DNA of 63,235 bases, filler included, from Platydemus manokwari (Eukaryota): assembly GCA_037951405.1 (NCBI GenBank). It is 6 parts of 6 records of this genome, joined end to end, with 100 filler letters (N's around TTAATTAATTAA, not from the genome) between each part and the next. Parts side by side here need not be neighbours in the genome. Positions count along the whole stretch, not along the records: positions 1 to 13,968 come from JBBMOY011561411.1; 5 more parts are not named here. One strand, given 5' to 3'. A model generated the notes under the pieces. That model was not told the origin of the DNA and ran no database searches. It saw only the letters and a program-made list of their open reading frames with translations. The position numbers and the translations under genes are program-made. Shown piece after piece: positions 1-13,267 of the stretch (position 1 is the stretch's first letter; each line of letters starts with the position of its first letter).

Positions 1-75
1 CTCACGTGGCACGAGAGGCACTGCTTTGACATTGTGGCTTCCAGGCACCAGGTGTGTTCGTGTAGGCCATTCCTT
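1..75 (-). mobile_element. DNA transposase fragment (Chapaev3/CMC-like, the family with the downstream LPPLHIKLG motif), running off the window start
   Basis: Minus strand reads KEWPTRTHLVPGSHNVKAVPLVPRE, matching the recalled KxWPxRxxLxPGxxNVxxxPLV segment of this family. GC-rich relative to its flanks. An in-frame stop lies immediately upstream. The superfamily name is from memory. Confidence 0.5.
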
Positions 76-441
76 CTAATTAGATAAATTTTAATTAAAG
101 GAATCTGAAAAATATGATTCTATATTCACAAAGTGTTTTTAAAACAAGCAAAAATACGCCAACGAACTAAAATTTAACAATATCGAAAGATAATTTTCAT
201 TTGCTTCGAATTTAAATGATTAAAGTGTTATAAAATATTCACTACTTATCCAATACCAATTATAAATAAAATAAGAATTTATTTTCCTTAACCATTATAA
301 AATAATAATAATATCGATTCATTTCAAATATTGAAAAATTTGAAATTCAAAATAACAGATATCTATAAAAACAACTGAAACTGAACCAATAACCATCAAC
401 ATAAACATTATATTACGATTTTTTACAATTACCCAAAGCGA

Positions 442-3400
442 TTATTGAACTTTCTTTGATTTCGAAACTTGTAACTTATCTTGTAAACTTAACCATTCAC
501 TTTTACCAGTCCAATAGTATAAATAAAAATGTAAATATGAAATCACAAGACCTATTCCACAAAATAATGACGTCATCATCAATGGGAGAAATTCTAGTCT
601 GGGCAAAAATATTGGAAGAATGAAATCAGTGAGTATCCATAACGGAAGAACCATTGCCAAGTGTAATTTAAGTAATGGAGAGATAGTATTAAGCACTTTT
701 TCACCACACATATAGCTAACTTGGATATAATGGGTACACGTGCAAGCCAAAAACAATGCAATTTTCAAGCCATATTCTAAATATAAAAGAATTAAATTGA
801 ATGCAATATTCCAGTAAAATTAATATTCGATAAGATATAATAAATAATCGATTTGTTTTAATCATTTTTAGACAATAATCTAAGATTGTTAATTATCTAA
901 ATGTTTTTATAAATATATAAGCGTGTTATTTGCTGCAGAAAAAATGATATTAACTCAGTTTTCTTAAAAAAATCAATAAAATAAGGTATTCCTGGATCGA
1001 TTTAAGACAAAACACTCCAGCTACTTATATAATTTATTTATGTGACTTACTTATCTTAGATAATTCAAGTTTTGTAAATAAATATTATTAAAAACTAATC
1101 ACAAGCAATGAAACATTCGACAAGTGGTTTTATCAACAGTTATAATTAATCGATATTTTCAGCTGTTTATCACAAATCAATCTCTCTCAATTTACTCAAA
1201 TCAAATTTAACATCAATTTAAAGTCAAAACACGCTGAAGTAAAAGTCTCCAAAATAATTTTATGAGATTGAATGGAATTACGAGTAATCTTTGGTAACTG
1301 ATATTCGGATCACATCCATAATCGAAATAATGGTTATTTCATAAATGTATAAATAAGGTGAGATATTTTTGTTTAGAATTTTGAGAATGAAATTTTATTT
1401 GCTCCAAAATATAATTAAGAGTAAACTCTGAATAAAAATATATACTAAAAAACTAGTAAACCAATTATAGTTCTCATCTTTCATATTTTAAGAGCTTTAT
1501 CAAGACATTATTCGAGATCAAACCAAATCACAGTGTTATGATATATTTTACAGGATCGAATCATAAATTAATTTTTATTCAAACAAAAACAATATAAAGC
1601 GATCAAATTACCTGGTTTAGTGGGAATCAAAGGTAACAAAGAAAAGTGACCTATTGTTGTCACATAAAATCCTAATCCCAGACATTTGGGATCCAAAATC
1701 TCCAGGATTCTAAAAAATGTAAACAATTCATGATTAATTTATAAAATTACACAATACGATGAAATATTGTTTAAAATAGATTAGTATCTATTCTTTCAAA
1801 ATGAGAACGTAAAACAGCATAGATCAGTCGCGATAGTTTTTCAAATGTCAGATATTTAGAAATATTTTTTTATTGTTTAAATATTACTTTCTATTTTTTA
1901 CACCAGTGTTCTTCAAAAAGCGGGGCGCGAGAAATTTCAAAGTTCTAGTAAAGCATTCATAAGAAAATATTCTGACTTATATTAAGACAGAATATCGATC
2001 GAATTTTAAAGCTCTGGAATTAGTACTGAGACCAGCCAACACCGAAATAGAGCTAAGACTTGATGTTTTATGCCAGAATATGCAAAATCGCTGTTATTAT
2101 TAAATACATTAATTTTTTGATGTTATTATTTTTATTTCAGTCTCTAGAAGTCGTGAAAAAATTTGGACTCGTAAAGTGGGTCGCAATACAATACGTGTGA
2201 AGATCACTTATTTACACGATATTGTTTAAATTTATACATTGTTGAAAAAATTTTTTATTGAAGCTATTTGTAATATTTGTTTGAAAATTATTTTTTCTTT
2301 AGTATTGAGATAAAAATATCTTGTTTGGTACGCTGCACTAGATTTTATCAAGAAATAACAAGAATCTTTTACATATCCATGAAATGTAGGACCACTTCAA
2401 TGTTAAATAGCGACCAATGGTCAATGGTTACTTGTTTTCCAATAAATTAAACGGACGGATTCATGGATGATTTGCTTAAAATTATGATCACAGAACTAAA
2501 AATCAGTCGGTTTATCAAATAACTATTAACGAATTATAACAACTTTTATTTATAACAACTCTATAAACATAACTAATTGCTCGATAAAAGATAAATTACT
2601 ATTCAAATAATAAACTAAAAGTTATATATTCATTATTAACCAATGTTTATGCTTATGCCCTTGACAATAAGTTCAGTAACGATATGTAAACCTAAATTCG
2701 GTTAATGATTTCTAGTTTATAATCTTTAATACTGACATATTCATTATCAAGCTGGAATCAAACATGTATGTCTCCAAGCTTTGTTATCATTTATAAATAG
2801 ACATTAAAGGCAAAGAACAAAATTTTTCAATAAAATTATTAATATTTATCAATGTAATTTTATAAATAAATCCAAAAAGCAAAATTATGATTAAAATTGA
2901 AAAATGCGTTACATTTTATTAGATTATTTGATTCAATAAATAATTTCTCTCTACAAAACCAGTCATCTATCATGAGGGATTTTTGCAATTATCTCTTCCG
3001 TATTGTGTTGTACACACATGACGAGGGAAGGAAACTGTGGTACAACTCGAGATAAATTTTGTCATCAATAATCAATTAAGTATAGATAGAGACAGAGATT
3101 GTCAATATTTTCTAGAGGTCAAGGCTTAAAACCACCGAAATAATTTTAATATAATTTTATATAAATTCTTGGAATATTTTGTTAAATACTATGGCATTAA
3201 ATTATTAATGAGATTTTCGTGAAAATGAAATTTGATCACAAACTCCTCAATGATTGGATGGATTATGTGAGTTGAGATCATAAATCATGAACACTGATAA
3301 ATCGGTTTTATAATCCTGTCTACCCAATGAAATTTCAACTCACAACATCTCTACTGTAACTTGACACGTGCTGCTTGCCATGAATTGCTGTTGTAATTGC

Positions 3401-6400
3401 ATTTTAATTCCATATCACCATGGCACTCACAAAATCAATCAGTAATATTTCCCTTTCTCATAAAATAGTAATTATCCAATATACTCACTTGAATGGTAAT
3501 GTTACCATAAGAATAGCTTTCTCGTGAACATGCCAGCCGAATATAAATGCTGACCATCCACAGATAATCAGTAATTTGAAAAAATCACTAATCGAATTGG
3601 CAAAACGACATTTGATAAGAGCAGGCTAAAAATAGAAAAATTATATATAATCTTGAATTGTTGATTGGATGCAAAATATTGATCGGTATCCAATGATGAT
3701 TTAGGTGAAAATTTTAGTTGCTAATGGTTACCAAAACTAGACCTCATTTATAAATTGTTAATAGCATTAAGAAATCGATTAGATATTGTAAATATTTTAT
3801 TTTTTTACAAATATTAAATAAAAACAAGCAAAAATAAAGAGTAAAAGAATAAATATAATCTAAAGAGAATAATATCTCATAAACATCAATAATGACACAA
3901 TTCACTGAATTAAGAATCAAATCATAACATGTCAGAAATTATTTTAGAGTTAATTATATATAAATTATCATTATAATGCATAATATATCACTTGATCTTA
4001 CCACAATACTTGCAATTGTTCGCATTAATGTTGTTAACGGTTTAATGCTTGGAAATATTAAATGATTATATTTCTCTACAAGACCTTTGGTCATATCGTT
4101 TGACAAGCTAGATACACCAGTCATTACACCAACTGTTAATTGATGATAAAATATGCTCTCTAATAAACATTCATACCCCATTTGGAGAATGCCATATCCA
4201 GTGAATTATAAATTGCCCACATATTCGGTGCCCAATATGCGTGAGTTAATCCTCTCTCATCAAATGGAAATAATCTGCTCATCAATTGGCCGAATTGATT
4301 CTAAAAATTTTAAAATAATACAATCAACCAATCAGCGTTTACCAACAAGTTAAAGTGGAATATCTTAGTATTACTTGAGTGTGTGTATTTTTATCTTAGA
4401 TAATAATAATGGGAACAAATATATTTTAAATTATTATTAAATCTTAGCATAGATTGATATAAAGATATTAATTTTAAAATTCTATATTTAAAAAAATGAT
4501 TAACATGAACCAAACAAATAAGAAAACCTACATATGATAATAATAATGACAATGGGAACTTCTATAATGAAGTATTTATCATGTAAGCTATATTTTTATT
4601 GAATAAATAAATTTTTACCCAATATGGATTAAATTAAAAATAAAAATTTTAAAAAATAAAATGATATTTTAGATTAAACTTGATGGATTTCTCATGCTAT
4701 TTAATACAATGTTTGATATCTAAATGTATCAAATTATTTTATTAACGTATATCAATTAATATGCTTTTAAAAGGCGCTTGATTGATTGAGAGATAATATG
4801 AGCCGATGGATGAAAGAAGTTCACATGATGAAATATTGATTTCAGAAATTATATTATCATCATTATTTTTATTGATATTATCATTTTGATAATAATTATT
4901 ATTTATTATTATTGTCAAATGATCATTTTCATCATCGCTTTTGTCTATTTTTTGTTATTATTATTTGATAATAATAACATATGATTATGACAATTATGAT
5001 AATAATATTAATAAATATTATTTATATCTTAAAATAATTGACTTCTTACATTTGATAATAATTTTATGATTTACTTTCAATCTAACATATGAATGACATC
5101 ACATTGTATGTAATCATTATATATTGAATATCAATGCAAAAGTTATACAGGTTCTCTATTTAATTCATAAAAATAAGATAGAACTTCTATTATATAAAAA
5201 TAATACACAAAATTTGTCTAGCCGAAGAGGACAAGTGGAAAACCCAAAACAGTTTTTGACTGAATATCAACCAGTGGAAAAGAAAATGTAGATTCGAGGG
5301 TAATTAATCGATAGTGATTTAGATAGGATGATAATTTTTAAAGCCAATAAACTCAATGAGAGAATGTTACAAAAATAATGTTACCAAAGCAAATCAAGAC
5401 AAGGAAGGCAAATAATTCTATCTAAAAGTAGGGTGAAGAGTCGGAAAATATGATTACTTTAGCGTTCTCTGGGAAAGTGTAAATCATGGAAGAGCAGATC
5501 ATTGAAAGTTCTAGAGAAAAAGAAGTTGAGGACAACATAAAAGTTTCGAAGAGATTCAAATTCAAAACAGATTTCGATAAATATAGATTTAAAGAAAAAT
5601 AGATGATGTGAATAAAAATGGTCTATTTAATGACCCAACTAATAACTACAAGATAAAAAGAAAGTAACACACCAACAGATATAAATTTCAGGAAGATGTA
5701 AATGTTGTTTGTAATTCCCTGATAAACCAGTTTCACTCATCAGTATCATACAAGACCTCAAATCAATCATTTAATGATTCATTCATTGACATATAATGGA
5801 ACACAATCCTATTTCATCCATCTAGATTCTCACTTGTCACGTGCGCCTAGATACATGTTGTCATGCCATTTTTGGTTTCCATATCATCGTATGCTTCACA
5901 TAGACAATGATAAGATAATTATTAATAATCATTTAACCAAACCACAATCTCCAACCCATGTCACCAATAACAGATAATTTTTTAATTATAAATAACTAAT
6001 TAATTAATTTTAATAAAATTTTATTATATTTAATAATTATTCATTTCAGATCATAATTAATAATTATTAATTAATATTAATTTGATTAATTAATGTAATA
6101 ATATATTAATAATTATTAATTAATATCAATTTGATTAATTGAGCTAATAATATATTAATATTAATAATTATTAATTAACATTAATTTGATTAATTAATGT
6201 AATAATATATTAATAATAATTATTATTGATTATCATATGAAATGAAACAAATATCATTACCATAGCTATAAATGGTCCAAATGAAACAGCAAAAACACCG
6301 ATGACAATTGAAGCGAGTTGACAAAACCGTTTGTAATCAAAATGATATTTGACTGATATAAAATATTAATATTAATATAATTAAATGAAATATTACTCGT

Positions 6401-7428
6401 TTTATTGACATTGTCAACAGTGGACACAAAACAGAAATGGAAGAATAAAAATGCCCCATAAGCGGGAGCATAATAAATAAAAATATGCTTTAGGTTCAAC
6501 AAAACAGCAAACCAAAATGCAGCCCACAAATGACGATTCTGAATAAATAAATCATGTTAAATGATGGATATCTTTATAGATAATGCTATTATTTTCAGAA
6601 TATTTTTCAAACATCATAAAGGTTTTAAATAAATAATTAATTTAAAATTCCATTACATTGTAATTTCAATAAAAAAATTAATTAAAATTTAATAAAAAAA
6701 AATAATAAAATCAAAAGATTACCTTCATTAAATTGGAAATACTCAAAAATAATACACCGAAAAGCATACCGTTGTACTGGAAATGAATATCTAAATCAAT
6801 TAAATACCAAAATAAAAATCGACATCATAGTAAAACAGAAAATACGATCTATTAAAAGCAATCCAAATGATCCCAATAATGTCAATGTCGTCAAGATACC
6901 AAATAACGAATCGTGTAATAATTTTGAAATCGGCTTACAAAACATAATTCTTGAAAACAGTTATTTCTAGATATAAAATCGTTTCTAGTTAAATTACTTA
7001 AATATGGACAGAATGTAAACAGCATCAAATATAATAACGGATAACTTTTGAAAAAGTTTCGTACTGTATGACATATAGTTAAGGTTTTCAACAATTGTCA
7101 TATTTTTATCGAACTCTTTGCCAAATTGTGACAACCCGTATTCGAACCATGCGAACAAAGGAGGATAATCTAATGTCCATTTGGACGTATTCTAATAATG
7201 GGTAAATAAAATGTTTAAAATTATTCAGAAATAAGTACGTCACAATACCAAAATTTTATGGGTAAACTATGAGTTATAGCTAACCAATTTCGGTGAACTT
7301 CAAAATCAGTCGAAACACTAGAAATACATTAGAAACAGATAAATTTCACAACATGCTTACTATGAATGAAAAAATGACAATTTGATACAAGTAATAAAAA
7401 CTGTAACTATGAAAAATAATTTAATCAT
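442..7428 (-). CDS. ALG8: Dolichyl pyrophosphate Glc1Man9GlcNAc2 alpha-1,3-glucosyltransferase (ALG8), 12 exons, 523 aa
   Basis: Exons (all GT-AG, phases compatible): 7361-7428, 7239-7317, 6998-7191, 6846-6949, 6723-6790, 6397-6538, 6261-6352, 4177-4300, 4002-4132, 3489-3625, 1612-1709, 442-776; total 1572 nt, open. Motifs [84 protein letters not shown]. Confidence 0.97.
1904..2209 (+). mobile_element. Non-autonomous hAT (Buster/Charlie-type) element in ALG8 intron 10
   Basis: Ends CAGTGTTCTTCA...TGAAGATCACTT. 8-bp TSD ttttacac (1896-1903) / atttacac (2210-2217), 7 of 8 matching. Same family as 32883-33178 in the opposite orientation. Confidence 0.8.
6055..6225. repeat. AT-rich minisatellite, about 3 copies of a roughly 50-bp unit, in an ALG8 intron
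   Basis: Unit approximately taattattaattaatattaatttgattaattaatgtaataatatattaa, repeated in tandem. Confidence 0.7.
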
Positions 7429-8170
7429 TGTAACTTAATTAAACGATGTAAAACTATTAATTGAAATATTTTAGTAGAAGTATTAATTTCATTTAGAAAT
7501 TTAAACAAAATGCTTCATAGGAATTTCTTAATATTTACTAATTACTTTAATATTATTTTAAATTAATAACATCAAATTTAATATTATTATAGCAACAAGA
7601 ATCATAATTATCAATTTGATAGTTGTTTGCACTATTTTATATTTTTCTTGTTTACTTTTATAATATTATTTTCAAATAAGAAGTTGTGTAAGATTCTTCA
7701 TGAGATCTTTGTAACTTTAACATTCTGTATCAAGAATAAACATTAGTAAAATATTGTAATAGCAGCGGTGTTATTGGTTTTTCACAAAATTGTTATTTAA
7801 GTTTAAAATTAATTCCAAAAAATCTGACTTATTTTCTTTAAAAAGTTTGGTCTTAAAGGAAATGAACAATAAGACTAACAATGAATGAGTAATTAAAATT
7901 AATTATTTACCTATAAGTCATTCTATCAAGATTGGCAACATTTATAAAATATATGGTCAAACCAATTCAGTTGTTTTAATAAATATCTAACAAACAGTAA
8001 ATATTTATTCTAGCAAATAATTTACGTAAACACACTAATCAATGTGTATTGGTAAGGCATTATCTGATGGCTTACAAATAACACTCAATAATAAAAAAGA
8101 ATTACAAAAAATTGACAAATATGTTAATATTTATTTAAAATGAAAGACAATATCATCGTTGTAATCATAA

Positions 8171-10240
8171 TTATACAGTATTGACAAATTTTCCCGCTGC
8201 AAATAATTTCAATTCCGAAAATAATAGAAAAACATCCAAATGATAAAGTGAACCAATTTCGACGGCTAATAATTGCTCAATTTTGATTTGTGCTGTCACA
8301 GTACAGCCTGCTTTATTAATCAATCTAGAATTATGATAAATAAATCAATAATATTTCCCCACACAAAAACTCTTTAATCAATTTACCGGGGAGATTTTTT
8401 CACGATTTTTTGTTTATTTTCATAATATTCCACCGTTAATATTTTCATTAATTGACAGAAACAGCTACGACATTTGAACCATAGCAACATCTTAATAATC
8501 AATAAATCAAATCCAATACAAATCATCAACCAATCAAATCAAACATTCATTCCATTCATTATTGGAATATTGATATCACAATTGAATATTCGTATCTCCA
8601 CTTTAAAATGATCGCTAATCGTCAGAGGATAATCAGGATGACAAATGAAGCTTCCTTTCTTGATTTTATCTTCGGTATCGATTTCTGAGAGAGTTAATTC
8701 CACGAAATGACCCGCGAACGCAAACGATTTCGTTTTTAATTCATCTTTTTCAAAATCATAATTAATCAAATTTTGTGCTTTAATAGAATTTACTTCCTTC
8801 CTGAACTTTCATTGATTTTACTGTGCATTCAACAATTTCCGGTACAATCAACCCTTTACTGGTTCGATAATTGACTCCGGAAGAAATTCCACCTCTAATT
8901 ACGTAACCCGATATTACAGGAAGAGCCGATTCAATGGGTTTATGAATATCGACAATTTCCATCAATAATGGCTTATCGAATTCCATTGATAGTGGTTTCA
9001 TTGGTAGGTTATTGATTCGATCAATAATTGCTTTCAATTCACATGCTTGAATATCCAACACATTGCCAATGATTGAATGATTTAAATTTGATTTGAAAAA
9101 TTTTTTCCAAATCGATTTGATTTTTAAGAAAGGTTTTTCAACATTTTCATGAAATTGGTGCGTATTTACGAACAGAATTTCCAAATTATCAATGGCAAAT
9201 ATTTTCATGATGTAGAATACATTGTAAAGGTAATCATAATTTTTAAATGACAACGTAGTTGAGCACCAATCAGTGGTCAGATTGATCACCAACAGGATGT
9301 GGTGAGATTTGATTAGACTCTTCATCATTTCTTCATAATAACATAAATTTCCGGGCGAATCAATCAAATTGACCGATCTACCGTTAACATCGATGCAATA
9401 AAACGAAGTGGAAATTGTTTCTTTGTAAAATCGTTCATCTTTCGATGTATCCATAAGCCAAGCAGATTTGTATTCTATCGAGTTCATTTTCGTAGCTTCC
9501 CATTCCGTTTTTTTAATAAAAGAATTATCCAAAACATCCAAATATAAAAGAATATTTCCGATTATCGTACTTTTACCAGATTTTGGAAAACCCACAAAAG
9601 TTAAGTTGACATCATTATTTGAATATGAACCATGTGTTTTATGAGCTTTGATTATTGAATCAAATTTATGTTTGGAATTTGACGATTCTTTTGCACTTAT
9701 TTTGGATTTCTTAGTTCTTTTAAGAAGATAACTTGGGACGATATCTTTCCCTAATTGGTACTTATTTGGTACAAGTTTTTTAAATTCTGGTTTCTCGGCA
9801 GACTCAATTAACTTATTTATATCCAAAGGTTTACGGTTCTTAGTATACTTAATATATTTAATTAAATTTATTACATTCGAAGGTATAACATATCTCGATA
9901 AAATATTAAAATCTTTTATGTTTTCCGATGGGTTTTCAAAGATAAATGAAATTTTTTTCTTTTGAGGCATTAGTTCCAGTTCAGAATTCTTGAGTAATAT
10001 ATTCGAAGATTTGATTGTTATCTGTTGACTTTTAATATACAAGTTTTTCGCGAATTCTTTCTGCTTTTCTTTAACATTATTGACAGTTGTCTTAAAACAA
10101 TTATCTGTACTATATTTATTCAGAGATTTTTCAAGAATATTATCAAGAGATAATTCTGTAAATTTTGAATCTATATTATTACATTTTGATTGAGTCTGAT
10201 TATCTTCGGATTTTTTGAAAAACGACTGTTTTTTGAACAT
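8171..10240 (-). CDS. HBS1/eRF3/eEF1A-family translational GTPase-like protein with degenerate G motifs (Ski7-like candidate), 4 exons, 634 aa
   Basis: Exons 8794-10240, 8545-8744, 8387-8490, 8171-8324 (GT-AG introns of 49, 54 and 62 nt; 1905 nt, open). First ATG at 10240 (the ORF-track start at 10285 is GTG). G1 GFPKSGKST, AWLMD..KDER, G3 DSPGN; domain II FAFAGHFVELTL and KKGSFIC; domain III KKSPRLI and terminal FAAGKF. AATAAA on the minus strand at 8130-8135. Confidence 0.9.
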
Positions 10241-10525
10241 AAAAATATATTTTATTTCAAATAGTATTATTTTAAATATGCGCACTTATTTAAATATTTT
10301 TCAAACAAAATCATTTAAGTGGCTAAAAATTTATTAAAACACAAATCTGTAACTTAAATTTCTTTAAATATGCGTCCCATTTATCATCATTATAATCCCA
10401 CACATATATGCAGGAAAATTACTTTGTCAAGTGTATTTTATATTATTGAATATTTGGTAACATATTTATCATGGTGTAAATTTAAAATTTTTATTTCTCA
10501 AACAGATAAAAAATGTTTGCTTTAA

Positions 10526-12685
10526 CCACTTTATGCGAAGGTTTCTCTGTGAAATGAGGTTCAAAAAGCAGGTTTTTTGTTTTTATTTATAATATTGATA
10601 AAGTAGAAATCATAATATAAACTTAAAAAAACATTAAAAAATTGAAAAACGTTAATTTAAAAAAAAATTCAACTTTGTGTGATAAATCTTAAAGCAAGGT
10701 GTCAAACATAAGCCCACATTGCAGTCAGAACAATAATACCGATTTTCACACCGAATTTTCTTCCCCTTCTCATTTTGTTTACTGCAGTCGATGGCACATC
10801 TTTTTGTTGAAGCCAATTTTTTCGGTACTTGGAATTGGTTCCAAGAAGTGACGTTCTGTCAATCTTAATGGATTTCTCTTGCTTGGACGACCATCTTTTG
10901 ACGAATACTGTAAATCATGATACATTTCTACATATTCACTGATTAGTAGTTAGCGAAACTCCAAGTTACTCGTAGAGCCCACTTGTTTTGTGTACCAAAA
11001 ATGCGTTCCACAAGACTTGTTCCAATTAATGGAAAAATGTTTTTTTTATAAAACATAATAATTTGAGAGGTATTGATCTACTCTATCAACACCTCCCATG
11101 CTGAAATTGTAGTCCTTTGCTCTTTCTAATATTTTTCTTTAAATATTTTATGGAGTCGGTGCCATGTATGGTAGAGAGAAAGAACATATCCTTCTTATCC
11201 TTCCATCTTATCACAATTACTTCTCTTTTTCGATATGCTGACACAAACCCCGGCCTTACTTTTTTTGGAACGGTTAAATTTTTAGGATTTACTTTTCTAT
11301 TAGATTTTCTGGTTCTATAGATATCGGTTGTATGTATTACTAGAAGATCTGTTCATTCAACGGGTGAATAAAAATTATCAATTGTAAGGCAATAACTTTT
11401 GTTTATTAATGGTTTCATGAGAGTCATTACAACTTGCGTTGGCATTGGTAAATTGACACATTGTTGTTCCCCGATAATTTTTTCTTTCCCTATATATAAG
11501 TGATGATCATTTATATCCCAATTTGAATTCGCACAAAAAATAACATTTTATCCTAAATCAGGCTTTTTATTGGTATATATTGTACCCAAACTAATCTACC
11601 TTTGTACAACATAAGACTTTCATCAATAGTGATGTGCTGTGTATATGCCTCTTGGAATTTCCTATTTAGGTGAAAATATGCAGGCCAAATTTTGTTGAGT
11701 TTTGGTTGTGGATGTAAAATTTAAGTATTTCTTATGAAAATAAATTTTGATGTGACATCAACTTAGCATAAAACGGTGTGAAAACTGACAGTCTTCTAGT
11801 CCAGTACAATTTTTCTTCCGGTTTTTGATCAATACTCATAGCCATGGTAACGACAAAAAATCCTCATTTCTGAAATGCTGGTAGACCATGTATTCTCAAC
11901 ATTGGAGGAAGAAGTTGATGGTCTTTCTTTTATAGTTTGTACATAGTACAAATTTGTTTGGTCTACAATATTTTGTACTAATTCGTCATTGAAAATGCAG
12001 TTGAAAAATTGACTCGGTTTTGTAAACGATGAAATTTCCTCATTTATCTGTGAATTTGCAGTAAAGTCAAAAGATGTTGATGCTGCGGGTATATCGTTTT
12101 CAATATTTATTTCCGTCCATTCGTCGGATATATTGTTTTGCGATTGATTTGAATCTGTTTCATTGTCGGAACTAGAACTCAGAGCTGAACATGTTAAATC
12201 GGTTTCAGAATGTTCAATATGGAACTCCTCTCCGCTATCGCTATCGTTTTCCATTCTGCAAAAAATTGAAAAAAATCAGATAAAATAAATGACAATTGTT
12301 GAATATAGAAATTGATGTATAAATATAAAGTAAAAATTACTTACTTAACGATCAAAAACAATAAGTAAAAAATATTTGCAAAATAATACACTTAAAATAT
12401 GCAACTGAAAAACACTACATAAAACCATGGAAGAAAAGAAAAAGCACGTCTGAAAGTGTTTGTTTATGTTTGTTTTGTTATACGCATGCCACTGGAGCAC
12501 GCATTAAATTCGAACGAGCATACAATAAATAAACACTAAGCTCTATGAAATACAAACGGGTGATAAGGTATTGCTCCAGATAAAAATATAAACATAATAT
12601 TTATAAGTGGCGAAAGGTACTCGGAATAGCGCAAATTTGAACACATTTGATGCACGAGAGGGTCTCGTTTGAGATGCTTAAGTGG
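10526..12685 (-). mobile_element. Full-length but degenerate piggyBac (PGBD4-like) transposon
   Basis: TTAA at 10522-10525 and 12686-12689 flank CCACTT...AAGTGG ends. The transposase starts MENDSDSGEEF at 12254 and is frameshifted. Motifs ITIDESLMLYKGR, CLTIDNFYS, YNFSMGGVDRVDQ and a C-terminal cysteine-rich domain (RYYCSDCNVGLCLTPCFKIYH) ending near 10665. Confidence 0.9.
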
Positions 12686-13157
12686 TTAAAGTTGTACATA
12701 GTTAAAAAGCCTGCACCAGACAGTGTCAGATTTTGGAAATGCTTATATTTTCAGAAAAAAATTAACAAGCACTGTAAATGATAAGATTTATATCATAAAA
12801 CTATAATTCAACAAACTTCCACCCCCTGCTGTGTAATTGCGACGTAATTGTTTTTTATACAACTTGTTTTCGTGTCATATAAGTACTCTAATTCTGTTCT
12901 AACTGTGCCTTTAATAATTATCACAACAGCCTTAAATAATTATCTGCCATTACTCACTTAATGAGTTACATTATGTTTTTTCATCTCTGAATTTATTATT
13001 TCAGACAGTAATTTCTTTGTAATTAAATTTGATATAGAAGATAGAAATTCTCGATGATTATATTTATTTTCTGATTTTATAATTTAAATTGGCCTGGTTA
13101 TTTGTCATATTATGACTATTTTATTGACAGCCATAATTTATTAGGTACGAAAAGACA

Positions 13158-13267
13158 AGTAGATGTGAAAGTCGGTCTATGATAGCATAACCCACAAATA
13201 CTCACTTGCTCGCGCTTGCTCACATTTGAGGGTTACATTGCCACTGAGATTGATTTTCACATCTACT
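13158..13267. repeat. About 110-bp imperfect palindromic (hairpin) element
   Basis: Arms agtagatgtgaaa...taacccacaaat and atttgagggtta...tttcacatctact around a central ctcacttgctcgcgcttgctcac. Confidence 0.7.

Noticed and set aside
5220-5700. Purine-rich coding-like tract in an ALG8 intron, possibly a gag remnant
   Set aside because: Too decayed; no motif could be pinned down.
8769-8794. Apparent frameshift or read-through between ORFs 8780-10285 and 8539-8769
   Set aside because: Explained by a normal 49-nt GT-AG intron at 8745-8793.
10241-10285. GTG-initiated N-terminal extension in the ORF track
   Set aside because: This is a eukaryotic gene; the first in-frame ATG is at 10240 and the extension looks like UTR.
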